Below, one piece after another: positions 58,244 to 64,000 of a DNA stretch of 64,000 bases. The position numbers and the translations under genes were made by a program. This DNA is from an uncultured candidatus Porisulfidus sp. Its GTDB lineage: Bacteria > Pseudomonadota > Gammaproteobacteria > Poriferisulfidales > Poriferisulfidaceae. Numbering within the stretch: position 1 is the first letter of the stretch; the number at the start of each line of letters is the position of its first letter. The notes below the pieces were generated by a model, which was not told where the DNA came from, did not search any database, and was given only the letters and a program-made list of their open reading frames with translations. Location of the stretch: the NCBI GenBank assembly GCA_965116025.1, contig OZ220480.1, positions 1,088,001-1,152,000 of the forward strand, given 5' to 3'.

Positions 58244-58774
58244 TTATCGAGCTTTCTCGATCACGGTGAGCTCGGCCACCATGGCGTGGTGGGCGAGGCC
58301 GCAAAGCTCGAGGCACAGGATCTGATAGACGCCCGGCTCCTCGAACGTGTATTCCAGCTGGTTCACGTAATTCGGCATGGCTTGGGTTTGCGCCACCAGG
58401 ATCAGGTCGTCGTCGTAGATTCCTAGGCCGTGGTTGACGTCGGCGCTAGTGACGTTGAAGACGACGGGTTCTCCCGCCGTGATATCGGTCTCGCTGAGGG
58501 TCCAATACCACTGGTGCCCAACCACGTCGATGGTGGTGGGAGTGGCGGCGCTGGCGTGGCCCGGATACGGAAGTCGTTGCAGGGTCGCGGTGGTGACGAC
58601 CACGCCGAGGGCCACCAGGATCCAAAACAGTTTCGCTCGAAAACCCAGGCCCCGCGCCTGTATGGACGCGTATTCCCGCGTTTTTCCAGATCCCGCGACG
58701 ACGTACGCGAACGCCAGAAGCAGGATCAGGATCAGCGCGACGGTGACCGACAGGGTCAGAGCGTGAAGCGTCAT
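58244..58774 (-). CDS. CuA-containing subunit II (NorS-like)
   Basis: GHQWYW, DVNHG and CLELCGLAHHAM motifs. Confidence 0.85.
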   Translation of the reverse strand: MTLHALTLSVTVALILILLLAFAYVVAGSGKTREYASIQARGLGFRAKLFWILVALGVVVTTATLQRLPYPGHASAATPTTIDVVGHQWYWTLSETDITAGEPVVFNVTSADVNHGLGIYDDDLILVAQTQAMPNYVNQLEYTFEEPGVYQILCLELCGLAHHAMVAELTVIEKAR

Positions 58775-58790
58775 TGGGCTACCCCTCCTC

Positions 58791-58815
58791 AAACATGCAT
58801 TTAAAATGCTTGTTT
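58791..58815. promoter_or_regulatory. NsrR operator
   Basis: AAACATGCATTT-A-AAATGCTTGTTT (12-1-12 IR, 1 mismatch), resembling the NsrR ATGyAT-N5-ATrCAT consensus and abutting the RBS of subunit II. Confidence 0.8.
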
Positions 58816-58985
58816 CATTGTACGCTCGCGGGCGGACGCGTCAAGTCTCGGCCTCCTAGGATTGAAACGACCGCCGCTCGGTTGCGGGACTCCGAAAACG
58901 GCCAAGGTGGCAGATTCCAAGGTCCGGAGCGTGATGCCATGCGCCGCATATGTTCGGGAAGGTCGGGAGCCGGGGCAGGTGGGAG

Positions 58986-60053
58986 TCAGTCTTCCTCGCG
59001 CGCGAGGCGCGCGACGAGGTCGTCCGCCATCCGGATCACCTCCTCCACGGTGATCAGGCCCATCACGTCCGGGTCGTGGATCTTGTGGCCCCAGCGCAGT
59101 TCGGAGACGCTTTTCCCAAGCCGGTACGCGGCCGCGTCCTCATAGCGATCCACGCACCACTCAAGGCTGCGATAAGGCCCCGTGCGGCGGGGGTTGGAGT
59201 TCGCGTACAGGCCGATCGCCGGAATGCCGGCGATCGCGGACATGTGGATCGGGCCGGAGTCCGGGCCGATCATGAATCTCGCGCGGCGCAATACCGCCAG
59301 CAATTGCCGCAGACTGGTGCGTCCCGCCAGATTGATCGGCGGCTCTCTCATCCGGTCGCATATCCTGTTGGTGAACTTGATCTGCTCCAGATCCCCGGAG
59401 CATGTGGTCACGATCCGCATTCCATGCGTTTTGACCAGATGGTCCGCGACCTCGGCGTACCGCGTCGCGCGCCAGTTTCGCTCTGGGTTTCCGGCGCAGG
59501 GGCTGATCACCACGATCGGAGGACCATCCGGGATTCGCTCTTCCATCCAAGCGCGCGCCAGCGGATCTTCAGGAACATTCCAGTGGTACCGAAACCGCTT
59601 GGGTGGAATGCCGCTGGCTTTCAGAAACCCCATGAAGCCGTCGAGGACGTGCGCTTGGGCATCTGGATCGATCCGATGGTTGACGAACAGGCCGTGACCA
59701 TCCCGGGCGCGAGCGGAATCAAAGCCGATCCGCACCTTGGAGCGCGCGCATAGGCTGGCCAAGCCGGCGCGCAACGCGACCTGCATCAGGAACAGGCCGT
59801 CAAACCGCCGATTTTTCAAGGTCCGGGACAGTTCCAGAAAGGCTCGCCCTCCAAGGCTTTTCCGGAAGACCACGAGCTCGATTCCCGGGAAGCGTTCCAC
59901 CAGCGGGGCCTCGGTTTCGCTAATGATCCAAGTCAGGCGCGTGTCTGGCCAGCAGTGACGCAGAGTGTGCGCTACCGGCAACATGTGACAGATGTCGCCG
60001 AGCGCCGACAGCCGTAGTAGGCAAAGAGTCTTCGGTGGGTAGGGCAGGGTCAT
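58986..60053 (-). CDS. Glycosyltransferase family 9 (heptosyltransferase-like)
   Basis: LRLSALGD, NLAGRTSL and GPDSGPIH motifs. Confidence 0.9.
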   Translation of the reverse strand: MTLPYPPKTLCLLRLSALGDICHMLPVAHTLRHCWPDTRLTWIISETEAPLVERFPGIELVVFRKSLGGRAFLELSRTLKNRRFDGLFLMQVALRAGLASLCARSKVRIGFDSARARDGHGLFVNHRIDPDAQAHVLDGFMGFLKASGIPPKRFRYHWNVPEDPLARAWMEERIPDGPPIVVISPCAGNPERNWRATRYAEVADHLVKTHGMRIVTTCSGDLEQIKFTNRICDRMREPPINLAGRTSLRQLLAVLRRARFMIGPDSGPIHMSAIAGIPAIGLYANSNPRRTGPYRSLEWCVDRYEDAAAYRLGKSVSELRWGHKIHDPDVMGLITVEEVIRMADDLVARLAREED

Positions 60054-60229
60054 GCGATACGTCGGGATTCAGGATCCTCAAAGGAACAGGTCTATCGCTA
60101 GAGCGGCCTTCCGTGGCGGGCGTCGCCGCGCACATGGTACCAATTCCAGCGGTATTGATATCGCCAACTTCCGTGTCTGTCGGGCTTTTGCAGGATCGTT
60201 AAGCGTCCGCGCGGTATGGGCGAATTCAA

Positions 60230-60440
60230 AGCGAAATGCGGGCGAGACGATTCTTGAGAAAATCCGGCGGCGCCTTCCCGAGCGCCCGATCCTGACGCTG
60301 GCGAACAAGCATGATTTGCTGCCTGACGGCGCCGCGGCGCCCGGACCGGAAGGCGCCATTCTCCCGTCCGCGAAGTTCGGAAACGGGATCGACGCGCTCA
60401 AGGAGCGGATCGTCGAGTCGCTGGAATTCGAGCGCGCGCG
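60230..60440 (+). pseudogene. Fragment of a TRAFAC GTPase (G4/G5 region; MnmE/HflX/Era-like)
   Basis: ILTLANKHDLL...SAKFGNGIDALKERIVESL with no G1 motif upstream in frame. Confidence 0.5.
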
Positions 60441-61033
60441 CCGGGTTCGGCCAGATACGAGCGCAACGCGGCCCGGGCGGCGTCCAGCCCCGCGCCCGTT
60501 CGGGCCGACGCCAGGCCGATCGGAAGGTCGTCGCCTCCCTCCAGCTCCCGCCGCGCGTCGGCGAGCGCGCGCAGTCCCCGGGAGCGCGACAGCTTGTCCG
60601 CCTTGCTCAGCAGAACATGCGCCGGCAGGCCGGCGGCGCCGCACCACTCTAGCAACCGCCGGTCGCCGTCCCGCAAGGGGTGGCGGACATCCATCACCAG
60701 CATCAGGCGGACCAGGCCGCGCCGACCCCGGAGATAGCCCTCCACCATGCGTCGCCAGTTGGCGCGCTCGGCCTTGGAGGCGCGCGCGAAGCCGTAGCCC
60801 GGCAGGTCCACCAGGCGGCGCGCGTCGTCCACGGCGAAAAAGTGCAGCAGGCGCGTCCGGCCCGGCGCCGCGCCGGTTCGCGCCAGCGCCCGCCGCTCGC
60901 ACAGGGCGTTGATCAGGCTGGACTTGCCGGCGTTGGAGCGCCCGGCGAACGCGACCTCCACCCCCCGGTCCGGCGGGCAGTCCTCCACACGGGGGTGGCC
61001 AGAGAGATAGACGGTCTGGCGCAAGTCCAACAT
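60398..61033 (-). CDS. engB: Ribosome biogenesis GTPase YihA/EngB
   Basis: EVAFAGRSNAGKSSLIN, LVDLPGYG and SKADKL motifs. Confidence 0.92.
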   Translation of the reverse strand: MLDLRQTVYLSGHPRVEDCPPDRGVEVAFAGRSNAGKSSLINALCERRALARTGAAPGRTRLLHFFAVDDARRLVDLPGYGFARASKAERANWRRMVEGYLRGRRGLVRLMLVMDVRHPLRDGDRRLLEWCGAAGLPAHVLLSKADKLSRSRGLRALADARRELEGGDDLPIGLASARTGAGLDAARAALRSYLAEPGARARIPATRRSAP

Positions 61034-61373
61034 CGATCCGGGGTCCCGCCCGGCGCCGGCCTTCCAAAAGCGGGCGGGCGGCGAGAGCTTCGCGTCGGGA
61101 GGGGATTGTACCGCCTGGACGATCGCGCGGCCAGATCGGTTTCCCAAGCGAGCCGCGTTGGCGAGACGGATGCCGAATCCAAGATCACGCCAGAAACCCT
61201 CGGCGCCGGCGAAGATCAGGCGGTCCGGCTTCTCGCCGACCCGCCGCGAGCCGCTCCGTCCAACGGTCTATGGATAGGTTTCGAGGCCCGCCCCCGCCCG
61301 CGCTCGGCGCGGGAGCCAGCCCCGCTCGCTCATCGTGGCGGCGCGTCCGTCCCGACGCCTTGGTCCACCACGC

Positions 61374-64000
61374 TCACCACCGGAGGGAGGCGCGCAAGGC
61401 GATCCGGCTCTCGTCGCCGGTCTCCGCCTCCAGCGCCAGCGCCAGCGTCTCGCCACGGCGGTAGCGCGTCCCCAATCGCAGCAGCGCCAACCCGGACTCC
61501 TCCACCGACAGCCCCGCGTACGGCGTCACCAGCGACGCCCACGGCCCCGACAGCCCCTGACCCACCTCCGCCTCCAGCCGCGTCCGAGCCTCCGCCTCCC
61601 CCAGCCTCGCCGACGACCCCTCCCGCGCGAACAGCCGCGCCAGCCCGCTCCCCGCGTCGCCCCGACCCAGCGACAGCCGCAGCGACGGACCCCGACCGCT
61701 CGCCTCCGGCGTCACCGACATCCGCGCGCTCGCGCTCCACTCGTCCCGATCCGCCTCGTGCGCCACCAGCGCCCGCGTCCGAAGCTCCACCGACATCCGA
61801 CCCGTCCCATCCAAGTACGACACGCTCGCCCCCAGCTCCGCCCCCGCCCCGTCCGTCGCGTCGCCCCCGTCGTAGCGCGCCCCCGCCTCCAGCGCCGGCG
61901 TCAGCCGGCCCCCGTCCTCCAAGACCCGCTCCCGCGACCCCTCCAGCGCCAGCCGAACACGGCTCGCGTCCACCGACAGCCCCTCCAGCCCGTCCTCCGC
62001 GTCCGTCCGCGCCCGCGCCAGCGAGCCCTCCCCCCGCAGCGCCAATCGCAGAACGTCTCCTCCCGCGCCCGAGCGCTCCGACAGCGTCCGCCAGCCCCCC
62101 GCCGACGCGCTCCGCGTCCGCAAGTCCGCCTCCCGCGTCGCCTGACCGTCCTCCCGCACCCGAACCTTCCCGCGCCCGTAGCTCGCGCTCGCCCACACGC
62201 TCGACCCGTCCTCCAAAAGCCACGCCACATACGGGCGCACCGACGCCAGCCGCGTCTCGTGCCGCCCCCGAACCCCGTCCGCCTCCGTGTCCAGATCGCC
62301 CTCCGCGTAGGACGCCGCCACCCCCGCCAGAACGTCCGGGCGCGCCCGGAAGTCCACCCCGGCGTGCGCCGACCACACCTCCCCGTCCCAGGACACCCCG
62401 TCCTCCGACCCGTCCAGCGACGACAGCGCCCCGCGAACCCACGCCGACGCCACCCGGCTCCCGTCCGCCCCGGTCAGCCCCGTCGCCAGCGCCATCCCGG
62501 ACAGCGCCGCCCGCCAGTCCAGCCCGGCCCCGTCCGCGCCCGCCCCCGACGCCAGCGCCGCGCCCAGGTCCAGCGCCTCCGGCTCCACCCCCGACGCCGC
62601 GAGCTCGATCCGCTGGGCGATCACCCCGGTCGCCTGCGCCACCGCCGCCGCCAGCGCCTGCGGCAGCGCCGCCGCGTTCACCCGGCTCGCCCGCGCCGCC
62701 GCCCCCAGCCGGTCGCTCACTATCCCGTCCGCCAGGGCGTCCGCCCCCACCGCGTAGCCCGTCCCCGCCAGCAGCTCGACCCGGTACGCCTCCTCCCCCT
62801 CCGACCCCTGATCTCCTGCCGTCGGGATCAGTACGATCCCCGTCATCCCCGCCTCCGCCCCGAAGTCCGCCTGGAAGTCCCGCGGGCCCAGCCCGCCCTC
62901 CACGTCCTCCGCGTCGAAGCCGCTCTCCTCCCGCGCCGACAGCCTCAGGCGAACCGTCAGCATGCCCGTCACCGCCTTGTCCGACGCCACCGTCAGCCGG
63001 ATCGCCTCCCCCTCCGCCGTCACCGACGGATCCATCGATAATTGCAGGATCGGGGTCGTCTCCGACACCGACACCGACACGGCCGACAGCGTCGCCGCGT
63101 CGTAGCCCCCGCCCGCGATCGCGTGCGTCAGCGTCACCGCCGCCTCCGCCTCCGCGTCCTCGTCCGGCGCCGCCGACACCGTCACCGTCCGCGCCGTCGA
63201 CCAGCTCGCCGCCGTGAACGTCAGGCTCGTCGGCGCCGCCGACACGTCCCCCGACGCCCCGCTCACCGACACCACCACGTCCCCCGCCTCCGGCGGCGGA
63301 ATGTGCAGAACCACCGTGTACGCCGCGCTCCCGCCCTCCACGACCGTCAGCTCCGTCGGCGCCACCGTCCCCCCGGGATCGTCCTCCGTCACCGACACCG
63401 ATACCGACCCGAACGCCACCGCGTCGTAGCCCCCGCCCGTCGCCGAGTGCGTCAGCCGCGTCGGCGGGTCCGGCATCGTGTCGTCGTCCTGCGCCGCCGA
63501 CACCGTCACCGCCTGCGCCGTCGACCAGCTCGCCGTCGTGAACGTCAGGCGCGTCGGCGTCGCCGACACGTCTCCCGACGCCCCGCCCACCGACACCGTC
63601 ACCGCCGCCGACGGCTCCGCCCCCAGAACCACCGTGTACGAGCCGCTCCCGCCCTCCGCCACCGTCAGCGCCGCCGTCGACACCGTCGCGCTCGCCGCGT
63701 CGTCGTCCTCCACCGTCACCGTCACGCTCCCCGCCGTCACGCTCCCGTAGCCCGACACCGCGTGGCTCACCGTCACCTCCTCGTCGCCCACGTCGTTGTC
63801 CTGAACACCGGACACCGACACCGTCTGGGCCATCGACCAGTTCGCCGTCGTGAACGCCAGCGACCCCGACGCCGTCGCCGCCCCCGGGTCCGAGCTCGAC
63901 GGCGCCACCGTCACGCCTCCCTCCGGCTTCGCGTTCAGCCGCACCGTGTAGGTCTTGGTTCCGTCCTCCGCCACCGTCAGCTCCGAGCGCGACAGGATCA
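61374..64000 (-). CDS. Autotransporter adhesin with ~100-aa Calx-beta/Ig-like repeats; 5' part lies outside the window
   Basis: Three LTV.EG....YTV.L...P...V.V...LTFT...WS..QTV.V repeats; beta-barrel ending in ALRASLRW. Confidence 0.85.
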   Translation of the reverse strand, partial: ILSRSELTVAEDGTKTYTVRLNAKPEGGVTVAPSSSDPGAATASGSLAFTTANWSMAQTVSVSGVQDNDVGDEEVTVSHAVSGYGSVTAGSVTVTVEDDDAASATVSTAALTVAEGGSGSYTVVLGAEPSAAVTVSVGGASGDVSATPTRLTFTTASWSTAQAVTVSAAQDDDTMPDPPTRLTHSATGGGYDAVAFGSVSVSVTEDDPGGTVAPTELTVVEGGSAAYTVVLHIPPPEAGDVVVSVSGASGDVSAAPTSLTFTAASWSTARTVTVSAAPDEDAEAEAAVTLTHAIAGGGYDAATLSAVSVSVSETTPILQLSMDPSVTAEGEAIRLTVASDKAVTGMLTVRLRLSAREESGFDAEDVEGGLGPRDFQADFGAEAGMTGIVLIPTAGDQGSEGEEAYRVELLAGTGYAVGADALADGIVSDRLGAAARASRVNAAALPQALAAAVAQATGVIAQRIELAASGVEPEALDLGAALASGAGADGAGLDWRAALSGMALATGLTGADGSRVASAWVRGALSSLDGSEDGVSWDGEVWSAHAGVDFRARPDVLAGVAASYAEGDLDTEADGVRGRHETRLASVRPYVAWLLEDGSSVWASASYGRGKVRVREDGQATREADLRTRSASAGGWRTLSERSGAGGDVLRLALRGEGSLARARTDAEDGLEGLSVDASRVRLALEGSRERVLEDGGRLTPALEAGARYDGGDATDGAGAELGASVSYLDGTGRMSVELRTRALVAHEADRDEWSASARMSVTPEASGRGPSLRLSLGRGDAGSGLARLFAREGSSARLGEAEARTRLEAEVGQGLSGPWASLVTPYAGLSVEESGLALLRLGTRYRRGETLALALEAETGDESRIALRASLRW

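Noticed and set aside
56154-58316. 720-aa ORF suggesting a giant SCO fusion
   Set aside because: Only the last 206 aa are SCO; the rest is an alternative frame over the subunit I gene.
60680-63217. 845-aa Pro-rich and 568-aa Arg/Pro-rich plus-strand ORFs
   Set aside because: Artefacts of the extreme C-richness opposite the autotransporter.
1-64000. tRNA/rRNA genes, integrase-bounded islands, DGR or retron reverse transcriptase
   Set aside because: None recognised by eye; tRNAscan-SE/Infernal and an RT HMM search would be needed to exclude them fully.

Overview
GC-rich bacterial DNA, most likely from a sulfur-oxidising gammaproteobacterium. A host-associated (e.g. sponge-symbiont-like) lifestyle is suggested only indirectly, by DUF1640-type coiled-coil genes, TA/defence cargo and a repeat autotransporter. 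From left to right: (1) a hybrid RiPP locus with a PatD/LynD-type cyclodehydratase running off the left edge (missed by the ORF track), a leader-only NHLP protein, two NHLP precursors with 37-aa Cys-free cores carrying Ser/Thr at every third position, and a LanM-like enzyme whose cyclase half lacks Zn ligands; (2) a reverse-Dsr operon dsrABEFHCMKLJOP-N with a decayed precursor copy inserted at a duplicated dsrP/dsrN junction; (3) an IS1111-type IS110 element whose bridge-RNA guides can be read directly and which splits a DUF1640 gene at its FDT motif; (4) housekeeping genes (hydantoinase B, nnr, tsaE, amidase, RibD-like, argA, GCS2 ligase, M14 peptidase); (5) a lower-GC hipBA plus CoCoNuT-like coiled-coil McrBC defence island; (6) fxsA, hemH, HNH, a decayed XRE-ImmA gene, a DnaA-box-like cluster, priA, nadA, fic, duplicated repeat genes, htpG, an MTase with a frameshifted NotI-like REase, and KTSC; (7) an NsrR-boxed sNOR-type operon ending in nsrR and a one-Cys DsrC homologue; (8) GT9, engB and a partial autotransporter. 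No rRNA, tRNA or CRISPR array was seen. All calls come from motif reading by eye; no searches were run.
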